From a virus (lineage: Duplodnaviria; Caudoviricetes), in IMG/VR virus record IMGVR_UViG_3300033463_000004, positions 32,001 to 96,000 of that record: DNA of 64,000 nucleotides; one strand, 5' to 3'. Made by a program: the position numbers and the translations under genes. This document shows positions 19,501 to 28,197 of the stretch, in pieces (within the stretch, counting starts at the first letter, position 1; every line of letters begins with the position of its first letter). A model generated the notes under the pieces. It searched no databases. It worked only from the letters and a program-made list of their open reading frames with translations, and was not told where the DNA came from.

Positions 19501-20444
19501 AGATACAGACCAAAGATCGGATCGAATGTATTGACGGTCAATGTCTTGAATACATCGGTTTCATAATCAGTGGTCAAGTTGCTGTTATCATTCAGCATCT
19601 CAGCAAAGTATCCACGATATACATTGTACAGTTCCTGAACAGCTTCCTCATTGAGGAACGGAACCACAACAGAAGAACCTGCTGCGCGTTTACCGACAAC
19701 AATGTTTACCGGATCAATTGCATCTTCACGATGATTGTTGACATTCACCAGAGATGCATGGAATTGCTCAACAGCAAGATTTGTCATCGTATTGATTGTG
19801 GTGAAGAGATAACGAACATTCGCCGGTCTCTTTGCTTGAACCGTTTGATTGATCGTAGTTGTGAAGTTGTTATATGCAGAACCACGACCTGCAGAAACAT
19901 TTACAATGAATGCACGACGGACCCAAGTTTCACCAGTGTCGTCAACATATGCATCGTTCTTTGCATGTTTCTTGATATACTCAGCAAGACGCTGTTTGTT
20001 CTGAAAGTTCACAAGATCCATATCGTTTTCAAGGCTGTAGTTGCCATACCGGACATGGAGTTTCTTGTTCTCTTTATCCCAACGCCACTCGATTGTGATG
20101 CAGGAATATGCATATGTTGCATCAGACGGAGTAATACGGAGCAACTGCACCGGTGCACCCTGATCGATAATGGACAGCGGATATGTAATCGTTTGACCAT
20201 ACTTCTTAATCTCAGAAGTGCCGATATTACCGAGACCATATGCAACATTGAGGATATCCGAACGCATGACCTGGATCACTTTGTTGTCTTCGCCCATGGG
20301 AAGGCCAGAAACAACAAGAGTTCCATACATGGACGGATCTTGTGCAACGACAACCGGGAGATCGCCAGTGTACGAAGAATTGTCCACAATGTGAACGAGC
20401 GTATGAGGAAATGGGTATTTCATGCCATACTTCGTATCAAGCAT
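16593..20444 (-). CDS. tail sheath protein (very large, with inserted domains)
   Basis: 1283 aa. N-terminal YPFPHT..IVDNS, GEDNK, YGQ...P..LLRI.P.DATYA; C-terminal RSQRTL...SDLIQESNMR...FEY...CYVDVVFRG. Strong RBS and structured leader. Confidence 0.8.
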   Translation of the reverse strand: MLDTKYGMKYPFPHTLVHIVDNSSYTGDLPVVVAQDPSMYGTLVVSGLPMGEDNKVIQVMRSDILNVAYGLGNIGTSEIKKYGQTITYPLSIIDQGAPVQLLRITPSDATYAYSCITIEWRWDKENKKLHVRYGNYSLENDMDLVNFQNKQRLAEYIKKHAKNDAYVDDTGETWVRRAFIVNVSAGRGSAYNNFTTTINQTVQAKRPANVRYLFTTINTMTNLAVEQFHASLVNVNNHREDAIDPVNIVVGKRAAGSSVVVPFLNEEAVQELYNVYRGYFAEMLNDNSNLTTDYETDVFKTLTVNTFDPIFGLYLYGGTDSNALLPFFQVDMRTADRPELPESQRVYYNGTLDAEGKPVDANEDPINVDAKVSESLINITTGIKKVGTDASGVIDSKATYLGDVYLYAGITSDTNPFVYIVTGINQYTKSVTTVRTNMMHFYRNDLGTDVDSKLAFVCATKDRMTFVKEVRDKIAKGFVKDGDTVAWAVPSGDTVVWDLYFVKEGSADKVKAGTYVSDLESEANFKLWLMLYFDETIANNKNNRYDFIAWDTMDNVGNVVGLASERYEGGSKGEAFKRAGSTCFNLDADISSTSTAEPVWVNSGYKDADDHEITYAVANRNLTTIRKYGAPPTTTTLIASDVVGTQYDAFCVSEDKAEAYRIQTDSSAQGYVAITISNVPTGTIVPPERTLGWTPESTRFRFAPIQQSAGGDITLSEITKSEISKTYYATEIENSGLAAFVALNVYDGYLHEGEFYRTKDTWTEDDKYDKTTDESKWSVFRDFTDPSSIKYYKCDGSAYTLLEGITGMNQILRWYKQNTNGEWMIDTSVPTDAPDPQVADGWVLGGLSLNFVAGNFTWVQDARAAVLINRYTVTGTIGSLYRIQMNKVTIPANYYSSSYGINVTSSSSDVKLHDGYTGFFDEYGTAEMSDIEYKWEYSRLLVKAFRGQIDPRIMSPTRVPAKYLFDGGWNTVVGQSALPSMSYSAADLIAASTIFTADEKDEVLFNPELTAGWSAQNSEIDVKQAMYDLMDYRVYSGIPEDKRPVGPGSGMSLHLDSGVTDAEMALTINNSFIKRFDNPNASWDIGGWYASVDGLPYTYVKRLADNLFRHCQTYTVNKPFVNTYSKIDRSEYVSYFPDIDTTDWDYRELMYNSGGNAWIPDVNGAIMRRSQRTLMRGSDTSDLIQESNMRTLTQLVYILQNKLDEKLFEYNDDSFLRTMQDEVTNMFTNWVGSLVDGLDIHFERDINPLDGGELIVCYVDVVFRGINLRIPVIVNVNRRVTTT

Positions 20445-20565
20445 TATATTCTCTCTCCTTTTCTATAGATTTTGGATTGTGTAATTACGAGGAAACAGCA
20501 TGAAGAATCGCGTTTCATGCGGGAATAACCTCACAATTATCATTTTGTGTGAGGTATATAAATAG

Positions 20566-20588
20566 TGGCGGGGGATTATCCCCCGCCA
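20566..20588. terminator. intrinsic terminator
   Basis: TGGCGGGGGA TTA TCCCCCGCCA. Confidence 0.75.
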
Positions 20589-20594
20589 TACATT

Positions 20595-21554
20595 TTAAAG
20601 ATTTAATTCATCACGCCGAATTACCGGATATTCATTCATCAATTCATCAATTGCTGTATTTGTGTCATGATTGACCTTTGTAATACGTGCATCCGGATTC
20701 GGATACTCTTCGATGATTTCACCGGATTTTGATTTTGTGACGTATTCTGTATCAGAATCAGTATCACCGACAACGACATATGTCGTTGGTTTATCTGCTT
20801 CGAAAACTGTTGTTGCAGCAACATTACCTGCGTCGACAATACTATTCAAAACATCAGAAGCCTGATCAACATCAATCGTTGGATAATTTGCATTAATAGT
20901 CGTTTCAGTTTGTTGCGGTCCTATGTTGATATCAAACATATTATCCATTATGGAACGACCGATATCATACACATTTGTCTTTCCACCGGTTGAACCTTGT
21001 TGTGGACCAACTGCACCGGTTGCTTGTTGTTGCTTGATCTTCAATTCTGCAATTGCCTTTTTCACATTAATTTGTTTTTCTTGAATTGACATTAATGTTG
21101 AACGTGCCGATGTTAATGCTTGCATTGCTTCAATGTCATCTTCATTCAAACCAAATTTTCCTTTGTCGTTTAAACTTTCCATTGCTTTTCGTTCAAAGAC
21201 CTTAATGATTTTTGCTTGATCTGCAGCCATTGTTTTCAATGCAGCAATATCAGAAGTGAAGATTTTATTTGGTTCAACTTTCTCTTGGAGTGGACCAAGA
21301 TCTGCACTCAATTGAAATGCATTCATAAGATCTGTTGTGCCACCCCAATGTCCGGATGAATATGCGGAAATATATCCATCCATATTCGGATTGAATCTTG
21401 GACGTTCTACGAATCTTGTATAACGATCCAACCATGCATTTGGATCACCAAGATTCTTATCCCATTCGGATACTGGTTGTTGATGATATTCTTCGTTGAC
21501 TTGTTCAAATGAACGTACTTCATTCAGTTGGTTAAATGCATCAAGCATTCCCAT
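20595..21554 (-). CDS. conserved hypothetical protein with coiled coil (probably virion-associated)
   Basis: 319 aa, AAAGGAGA RBS, late-type motif AACACTACTGTA upstream (21601-21612). Confidence 0.75.
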   Translation of the reverse strand: MGMLDAFNQLNEVRSFEQVNEEYHQQPVSEWDKNLGDPNAWLDRYTRFVERPRFNPNMDGYISAYSSGHWGGTTDLMNAFQLSADLGPLQEKVEPNKIFTSDIAALKTMAADQAKIIKVFERKAMESLNDKGKFGLNEDDIEAMQALTSARSTLMSIQEKQINVKKAIAELKIKQQQATGAVGPQQGSTGGKTNVYDIGRSIMDNMFDINIGPQQTETTINANYPTIDVDQASDVLNSIVDAGNVAATTVFEADKPTTYVVVGDTDSDTEYVTKSKSGEIIEEYPNPDARITKVNHDTNTAIDELMNEYPVIRRDELNL

Positions 21555-21600
21555 GGAATCATCTCCTTTAAAATAGTATATGAGATATTCTTCATCTCAA

Positions 21601-21612
21601 TACAGTAGTGTT
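21601..21612 (-). promoter_or_regulatory. putative late promoter AACA-N6-TA
   Basis: Minus strand reads AACA CTACTG TA, the form of the AR9 non-virion RNAP promoter consensus. Confidence 0.4.
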
Positions 21613-21628
21613 TAAAATATAATCATGT

Positions 21629-21655
21629 TTTACGTGGGGCAATGCCCCACGTAAA
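21629..21655. terminator. terminator-type hairpin
   Basis: TTTACGTGGGGC AAT GCCCCACGTAAA. Confidence 0.75.
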
Positions 21656-21663
21656 TGATTCTT

Positions 21664-21678
21664 CATATGTATATTATT
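21664..21678 (+). promoter_or_regulatory. putative early promoter CATATGTATATTATT
   Basis: Full consensus, followed by hairpin GACAATA-ACCGGAGA-TATTGTC. Confidence 0.65.
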
Positions 21679-21731
21679 ATTTTGACAATAACCGGAGATA
21701 TTGTCTAAATCCTAGAAAGAAGGTGATTGTC

Positions 21732-21923
21732 ATGTCCTTTTGGACAAATGAGCTGAATCGTTTAGGGTTTTCCGCAAACGATTCAGCTCACAAGTCTGTG
21801 TCCAGACTTGTTGTTGATAACAAGCGATATGCATCAAATATCCAACAAATCAACAATCAAATCTGTGATGCAGTAAAAAGCGTTTTGAATAAATCCGAAA
21901 ATAGATTTGTCATAACGCTTTAA
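21732..21923 (+). CDS. small early protein (63 aa), monocistronic cassette
   Basis: GAAGGTGA RBS, ATG 21732; has its own promoter and terminator. Confidence 0.65.
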   Translation: MSFWTNELNRLGFSANDSAHKSVSRLVVDNKRYASNIQQINNQICDAVKSVLNKSENRFVITL

Positions 21924-21926
21924 TCT

Positions 21927-21966
21927 TATAATGGGGGGAGATACCGGATGATCTCTCCCCATTATA
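21927..21966. terminator. bidirectional terminator
   Basis: TATAATGGGG(GG)AGAT ... ATCTCTCCCCATTATA between convergent genes. Confidence 0.7.
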
Positions 21967-21998
21967 TATTCATGAGTATGTTTTTTTTGTAATAAATA

Positions 21999-23504
21999 TC
22001 ATTCAAGTTTCGTTAAACCGTATAAACCATTCAAACATTCTTTTTCAATTGGGAATGCTGCTGTAAGATCTGTGCGAACACAATAGATTTTTGAATACAT
22101 CATTTCTTCCGCTTGTTTGTTTGCTTCATCAGACCATACACCAGTACTCTTAACTGTATCACCATCATAGTCACCACCGAGATTCACAAGACGTGAATTC
22201 GACATTTGAAGTACGTCAATAAATTGTGTTGATACTTTTGCGTGTGACATTTCTGGATCAACAACTGGATATGTTTGATATGTTTCACCATTAAATTGAA
22301 TCGGGATTGTGGTGTTTGTTGATAATACATGCACCTTTGTAAAGAAAGCTCCATACAGATCACCGATTGGATATCGAACGGTGTAAACATGACGATCAGC
22401 TTTCACTGTTGCGTTGTAGCAGCATAGATAAATGACGTCAGTTAATGTCAATGGACGAGAGATAGATTCGTTTGTTTGAATATTTACTGCATTGAATATA
22501 ATCGGTGTTTTATTCTCAGGATCAGCATATAATATACGGAAACGAGAACCCGGATTCAACATGAAGATTTTAATTAAATCATCAATCTCTTTGTCATCAT
22601 AAATATTATCAATATCTGAACGTTTGATTTCATCTGGATTAGAATGGAAAGATGTTATATTATCATATGAAAGAAATTGTTTCATATTGAATTTAACAAA
22701 TGGACGGAACATGGATAAAATTGACATCAATGGATATCCTGTACGGAATATTCCAACTGGTGTATTATCTGTACGATATGATGGTGCAGAAATAACATTA
22801 CGGACTGTACCAATTGTATTCTTTGCCAATAAATTTCTCTGGAAGTATCCATTCTTTGTTCCACATAATTTATGAATGTATGAATAGATTTCAATAACGG
22901 TATCTTGGATTTGATTGTGTGCTTTGTGTACAGTCGTTGTGACATGAGACGTTACGGATTTAAATCCAAGCAGCTTCATATAAATAGTATTCAATTCGGA
23001 TTTAATCTGTCTACCATTTCTCATACCAGTTGGACGCATTGACGGTGGTAATACAAGAACCTTGTCAATGAATAATAAACGTTTTGGTGTCTTTGTAAGA
23101 ATTTTAATATTTTCATCACGTTTTGTTTTTAATGTTTTTACGATATCAATTTGATCCCATATATTATACAGATCAACAATACCACAATATTTTCCATTCT
23201 CATTTTCAACCAGTTGTCCATCAATCAAATCACATTTAATTTCAGCATATGCTAATTTACGAATGATTCCACCGGAACGAAGAATGATTGTTTTTGCAAT
23301 ATGTGGATTGAATACATGAATTGGTAATTTAATATATCCGCAACGATATTTTTGTTCTTCTTCAGTTTGTCCAAAGATTTCTTCTGAGAATAATCCATTT
23401 GGATTGAATTGATTCGTTGAACGATATATTTGAGGTGATGTAACTTCTTGCAGGTTATTCACCTTAATAGCTAAATCCATATCATATAAACCTTGAATTT
23501 GCAT
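21999..23504 (-). CDS. rpoC: multisubunit RNA polymerase beta' subunit, catalytic N-terminal part (probably virion RNAP)
   Basis: GLFSEEIFG, CGYIKLP...FNP, VLPPSMRP, RNVISAP, RYPI and catalytic GGDYDGD; AGGAGGG RBS. Confidence 0.9.
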   Translation of the reverse strand: MQIQGLYDMDLAIKVNNLQEVTSPQIYRSTNQFNPNGLFSEEIFGQTEEEQKYRCGYIKLPIHVFNPHIAKTIILRSGGIIRKLAYAEIKCDLIDGQLVENENGKYCGIVDLYNIWDQIDIVKTLKTKRDENIKILTKTPKRLLFIDKVLVLPPSMRPTGMRNGRQIKSELNTIYMKLLGFKSVTSHVTTTVHKAHNQIQDTVIEIYSYIHKLCGTKNGYFQRNLLAKNTIGTVRNVISAPSYRTDNTPVGIFRTGYPLMSILSMFRPFVKFNMKQFLSYDNITSFHSNPDEIKRSDIDNIYDDKEIDDLIKIFMLNPGSRFRILYADPENKTPIIFNAVNIQTNESISRPLTLTDVIYLCCYNATVKADRHVYTVRYPIGDLYGAFFTKVHVLSTNTTIPIQFNGETYQTYPVVDPEMSHAKVSTQFIDVLQMSNSRLVNLGGDYDGDTVKSTGVWSDEANKQAEEMMYSKIYCVRTDLTAAFPIEKECLNGLYGLTKLE

Positions 23505-23531
23505 ACGATTCCCTCCTTATCAGGATAAAGT

Positions 23532-23543
23532 TACAAAAACGTT
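23532..23543 (-). promoter_or_regulatory. putative late promoter AACG-N6-TA
   Basis: Minus strand AACG TTTTTG TA, about 28 nt upstream of the beta' start. Confidence 0.4.
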
Positions 23544-23550
23544 TTTAATA

Positions 23551-23717
23551 TAAAAAATAAGTGTGCAGGGGCCGAAGCCCCTGCAAGAGAAAATGAGGAA
23601 GTCTGTCATGTCAAACCGAGAAAACATGACGAAATGGAGAATAATCCAGCGTGGATACAATGGATTGGAAGATTGTCTTTTCGGCAAAAGACAATCTGGT
23701 TCATCATACAATGAACT
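23551..23717 (-). ncRNA. candidate ~170-nt sRNA: four hairpins plus a UUCG terminator
   Basis: Late-type motif GACA-N6-TA at 23718-23729. Hairpins GTTCAT/ATGAAC, AGATTGTCTTTT/AAAAGACAATCT (perfect 12 bp), AATCCA/TGGATT, GTCATGT/ACATGAC. Ends in TGCAGGGGC-TTCG-GCCCCTGCA plus a U-rich tail. Confidence 0.5.
23564..23585 (-). terminator. intrinsic terminator with C(UUCG)G loop on the minus strand
   Basis: Plus strand TGCAGGGGC CGAA GCCCCTGCA, preceded by an A-rich run. Confidence 0.8.
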
Positions 23718-23734
23718 TATTTTTTTGTCATTTA

Positions 23735-23749
23735 AATAGATATATTATT
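23735..23749 (+). promoter_or_regulatory. putative early promoter AATAGATATATTATT
   Basis: Core TATATTATT upstream of the gyrB-beta' operon. Confidence 0.55.
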
Positions 23750-23829
23750 TTTGCGTCATGAAGATGTTGTATAATCTTCAGCTTCTCAGAACAAACAAAT
23801 ACATTTTGGTTATGAAAGGCGGGTTTTTT

Positions 23830-26163
23830 ATGGCTGTCAAAATGAGAGACGACAAGATGGATATCATTACAAATGATATCGAACGAATCCGAAAAAGACC
23901 AACAATGATCGTTGGATTTGTTGGATCAAAAGGTATTCTGCATTTGTGTAAGGAGATTATAAATAATAACACAGATGAATGTTTTAAGAAAGAATCTCCC
24001 GGTAATACAATTCATATTGAGATTACCAGGGATTATATTATATCGGAAGATAACGGTAGAGGATTACCGACAAATTTATTACGCACAATTCACGAGACAT
24101 CTCAAGCTGGTTCAAACATGACACGTGCACATGGTGCTTCTGCGGGTGAAAACGGTATTGGTACAACTGCATTCACGGCATTATCCAGTGAATTAATTGT
24201 AACAACTTTCCGTCCACAAGAAAAGAAAAAGCTGACGATTCATTATAAAGAAGGAAAACTCATCGAAGAAGTATTGGAAGATTATAAAGGAAAAGAACAT
24301 GGTCTTCGAACATTTTTCAAGCCTTCTAAGAAAATCATGGGAGAATCTGAAATTCCTGTTGATGCACTGGTTGAATGGATTCGTGGATTTGAATATACCT
24401 TGGATCCATCTATCAAAGTATTTTATTCAGTGAATGGTGAGCAATTTAAATTAGAGCACAAGAACATTGATCAATATTTTCATGAAGTAATTCCGGATGA
24501 TAAATTCATGTCTGCGCCAGTTCGTATTGAATGTGAAGGAAAATTACAAGAGATTGTTCAAGATATCACCTATGATCGTATGTATAAAATTGATGCTGCG
24601 GTTATGTATGCTTCACCGGATTATCGTGGAGAAGACTTACGTGAATCATGGATGAATATGATTCATACTGCTGAAGGTGGTTCTCATATCAATGGTGTCG
24701 TGAATGGTTTATCGAAATATTTATCCGAACGCGTTCTTGCGAAAAAGAAAGGTTTGGAAGATGATGATTTACGACGTGATATTCTATTGCATTTAAATGT
24801 TGCAGTAAAAGCAGAATGTGATTTCGCTAATATATTTGCTTCACAAGAAAAATCAAAAGTTGATTCTCGTTCTTTGGCATTGGCTATTTCGAATGCGGTA
24901 TATCAGAAATTATGTGACATGAATCAAGCAAAATTGAATGAGCTTGTTGAAATTGTTATTCAGAATAACCGTGTACGAAAAGAAGGAGAAAAAGTTCGTA
25001 ACATTTCAGCAGAATCAAAAAAGAAGCAATGGTCAAAACCTGATTCATATTTACCATGCTCATCTGTAAAAACAGTACAACCGAAAGAGTTGTTTACTGT
25101 TGAGGGTAATTCTGCAGCAGGTGGTATTAATGCTGCACGAAATGCAACATTTCAAGCTGTTCTTATGTTTAGAGGTAAATCTCCAAATGTTTGGGAGATG
25201 ACAATTGATCAAGCTTTGAAGTCAAATGTTTGGTATGATCTTGTAAAAGTTCTTGGTTGTGGGATTGGTTCAACTTTCGATATTAAGAAATTAAACTTTG
25301 ACAAAATCATTATCACAACGGATGCCGATGTTGATGGATATCATATTCGTGTTGAAATTTGTACGTTCTTCTTACGGTTTTTGCCTGAGATTATTACAGC
25401 TGGAAAATTATATATTGCAGAACCGCCATTGTATAAACTTGCGGCAGGTAAACAAATCTCATATGTTGCAACACAAACGGAATACATCAAAGAATGTATT
25501 CGTTCAGTTGGTAATATTCAATTACAATTCCCTGAAGGTGTTGTACATGTTTCATCTGGAAAAACATTTATTGAAGAAGCTTTCACATATCTCACAGATT
25601 TAACAGAAGTATCAGAAGCATTATCTGTTAATCGTTATTTACTTGAACACATTGCACACGGAATGATGTGTGCAGAATCTGTTGATGGTTTTATTGATCA
25701 TATTGCAGACTGGTTACGTTCATTAACAAAGACTTATCCAGAACTTTGGTATGACGAGAAATCTCATCAAATATTTGCAACAATCGATCTTGTGGATCAA
25801 GTCGTTGTTGTTGATCAATCTCTGTATGATAGATTACTTCCGATTATTCAGATTCAACAGAAATATGGAATGCTTGTACAATTTGATTCTCATACATATA
25901 CAATTGGAAGATTCTTTGAAGAAGTACAAAGAAAATATCCTGTCATAAAAGATCGTTATAAAGGCCTTGCAACATCTGACCCGAAGGTTCTTCGTGAAAT
26001 CGTTACCGATCCCCGCACACGTCATATCTTCCGTGTTGATGCTTCCGATATTCATATTATGCAAACATATGATATGTTGGTTGGTAAGGGTAAAGAAGCT
26101 GTGAAAGCGCGTAAAGATATGATTATGAACTTCAAATGGAAGCCATCCGATATCGATACTTAA
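23830..26163 (+). CDS. gyrB: type IIA topoisomerase B subunit (GyrB/ParE-like)
   Basis: IRKRPTM..G, EII.N..DE, DNGRGLP, GENGIG (GHKL ATPase); GGSH; F.SQ.K; VEGNSA; RGK..N; TDADVDGYHI; PPLY; RYKGL. Start at ATG 23830. Confidence 0.92.
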   Translation: MAVKMRDDKMDIITNDIERIRKRPTMIVGFVGSKGILHLCKEIINNNTDECFKKESPGNTIHIEITRDYIISEDNGRGLPTNLLRTIHETSQAGSNMTRAHGASAGENGIGTTAFTALSSELIVTTFRPQEKKKLTIHYKEGKLIEEVLEDYKGKEHGLRTFFKPSKKIMGESEIPVDALVEWIRGFEYTLDPSIKVFYSVNGEQFKLEHKNIDQYFHEVIPDDKFMSAPVRIECEGKLQEIVQDITYDRMYKIDAAVMYASPDYRGEDLRESWMNMIHTAEGGSHINGVVNGLSKYLSERVLAKKKGLEDDDLRRDILLHLNVAVKAECDFANIFASQEKSKVDSRSLALAISNAVYQKLCDMNQAKLNELVEIVIQNNRVRKEGEKVRNISAESKKKQWSKPDSYLPCSSVKTVQPKELFTVEGNSAAGGINAARNATFQAVLMFRGKSPNVWEMTIDQALKSNVWYDLVKVLGCGIGSTFDIKKLNFDKIIITTDADVDGYHIRVEICTFFLRFLPEIITAGKLYIAEPPLYKLAAGKQISYVATQTEYIKECIRSVGNIQLQFPEGVVHVSSGKTFIEEAFTYLTDLTEVSEALSVNRYLLEHIAHGMMCAESVDGFIDHIADWLRSLTKTYPELWYDEKSHQIFATIDLVDQVVVVDQSLYDRLLPIIQIQQKYGMLVQFDSHTYTIGRFFEEVQRKYPVIKDRYKGLATSDPKVLREIVTDPRTRHIFRVDASDIHIMQTYDMLVGKGKEAVKARKDMIMNFKWKPSDIDT

Positions 26164-26176
26164 GGAGGAAACACGT

Positions 26177-28186
26177 ATGAGTGAACAGTATGATTGGATG
26201 CATGATCCAAAATATGAATTATTCGATGATCTTTCATCAATGGATGAAATCACAACGTCCCAGCAAGTAGTTGACTTGCTGGGCGATCCTGTTGTACTGG
26301 ATCGATATCGTAACAATTTCGATTATCTCATGAACAGAACTGTTGCAATCGCCGAATTGTGTTGGGGTAATTGTGATGAAAATGGAAACAAAATCCAGAA
26401 AACGAATATTCGAATGAAGAAATTCGTAGAAGATAACGAACATGAAATTCGTGTTCTTCCGTTGAACCGATTCATGTTCTGTTTATCGTTACTTCGTCCA
26501 ATTGTTGGATACTTGGAGGATATCAATCTGGATGATTTTCTGTTATCATCTTATTTGACACACAAGGAACGAGAAAAATTCCAAGATAAAATCGTTCGTG
26601 TTTTACAGAGACATGGTATTTCGATTGTCGAAATTCAAGAGAAAATGGCACGACTTTCATTGGATTGGAAAATGATGATGATTGATTTTGCCAAAGCAGA
26701 CATGCAGATTTATACTGCGGAGAATCTGTTCTTGGATCATTATCGTGATTCTGAAGAAATTCGTGAAATTAATAACACAGAATATCCAAATGATATGCAG
26801 ACTGCTGATATCGTCGAAGAGAACGCGAGACGTTATAAGATTCTGGAAGGAATAATGGTTGAACGTAATAACCCGTTCTTTGTTGGAAACAAGTATACAA
26901 AGCTTGTCAAAGACAAACAAATGGAGGAACTGTACATCAACTTCTCCCAGATTCCGGATGGAAGAAATATTATTCCTGTCATTATGAATGGTAATGGATT
27001 CCGCGCTGGTTATCATTCTTTACCAGTATTCTATACAGGTGCAATTGCCGCCCGTGTTCCAGATATCATGAATAAAGATTACATGGGCGCTGCCGGATAC
27101 TTTAACCGCAACCTTATGATGCTTGCATATGGTACGATTTCTCCGACAGTATATGATTGCGGATCAGTAAATCCGATTCCGATTACAGTCGATGAAACCA
27201 TCCTTGAAATGTTTGACGGAAGATACTATTATGAAGAAAAGAATGATGGTATATTGAAAGTCTTACATAAAGAGGATAAAGATAAACTCGGTAAAAAGTT
27301 CTGGTTCCGTTCACCATGCACATGTAATTTGAATGAAGATTGCTGTCATATATGCTATGGTCAACGTGCATTGAAGGTTGCTGATTTGACAGGTGGATTC
27401 ATTTATACAACAGAACTCATGACATCACGTGTTTCACAAAATATTTTATCTGCAAAGCATCTGCTGAAATCAAATGCAGAAAAGATTGTCTATTCTGATA
27501 ACTTTGACAAATATTTTGTCGTTGATATGTCAACAATCATTCCGAAAGACGAAAAACGTTTTGACATTTATATTCGGGAAGATTATATGGACAATATTTC
27601 CGAACAGTTTACATGTTATATCGGAAAAGATCTTGTACCTGTTACGATTTCGAATTATGCATCCATTTCGATTCCGGACAATATTCTGGATAAATGTAAG
27701 GATGTTGTCATTGATGATGTGACATATTACAAAATTACATCACATAAGATTCTAGATGCTGGAGGACAGTTTGCAGTTGTTATTCCAATCAATATCATGA
27801 TGACGAAACGTTATATGGATATCATGAAACTGTTTGAATCAGATATCACAAGATTTTCAACAATCGAAGATGCGGTTGTTGCATTGGCAAAAATGCTTCA
27901 TGGATTGATCCCAATCTTGTCAACACATGGCGAAATTCTGATTGGTCATTTAGTACGTAGGACTGATAATAAGTTACTGCGTCCTGATTGGACTGTTGAA
28001 AATCAAACATATCAAATCATGAGATTGAAAACGGTTCTTCAGAATATTGAAGCATTCTCAACAGCAATGTCGTTTGAGCAAACCAAACATCATCTGTATC
28101 ATTCGATATTTGATGAACGTAATGAAATCAATCGTGTTGGTGCACGTGGATTTGTCGACTATTTGTTTGGTTCAGAGACGATGTAA
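26177..28186 (+). CDS. rpoC: multisubunit RNA polymerase beta' subunit, C-terminal part (probably non-virion RNAP)
   Basis: Bridge helix AGYFNRNL, DCGS, RSPCTC, CHICYG Zn site, trigger-loop SQNILSAKH, HGEIL. Confidence 0.88.
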   Translation: MSEQYDWMHDPKYELFDDLSSMDEITTSQQVVDLLGDPVVLDRYRNNFDYLMNRTVAIAELCWGNCDENGNKIQKTNIRMKKFVEDNEHEIRVLPLNRFMFCLSLLRPIVGYLEDINLDDFLLSSYLTHKEREKFQDKIVRVLQRHGISIVEIQEKMARLSLDWKMMMIDFAKADMQIYTAENLFLDHYRDSEEIREINNTEYPNDMQTADIVEENARRYKILEGIMVERNNPFFVGNKYTKLVKDKQMEELYINFSQIPDGRNIIPVIMNGNGFRAGYHSLPVFYTGAIAARVPDIMNKDYMGAAGYFNRNLMMLAYGTISPTVYDCGSVNPIPITVDETILEMFDGRYYYEEKNDGILKVLHKEDKDKLGKKFWFRSPCTCNLNEDCCHICYGQRALKVADLTGGFIYTTELMTSRVSQNILSAKHLLKSNAEKIVYSDNFDKYFVVDMSTIIPKDEKRFDIYIREDYMDNISEQFTCYIGKDLVPVTISNYASISIPDNILDKCKDVVIDDVTYYKITSHKILDAGGQFAVVIPINIMMTKRYMDIMKLFESDITRFSTIEDAVVALAKMLHGLIPILSTHGEILIGHLVRRTDNKLLRPDWTVENQTYQIMRLKTVLQNIEAFSTAMSFEQTKHHLYHSIFDERNEINRVGARGFVDYLFGSETM

Positions 28187-28197
28187 GGAGTGATACT

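Noticed and set aside
15538-20468. Long + strand ORFs opposite the sheath and tube genes (e.g. 16722-17471, 19731-20468)
   Set aside because: Antisense shadow frames caused by the codon bias of the real genes; no RBS, and the composition is not protein-like
5578-28186. Group I introns or inteins in terL, the RNAP subunits or gyrB
   Set aside because: The reading frames are continuous, and I saw no intein C-terminal HN-(C/S/T) junction or homing endonuclease motif
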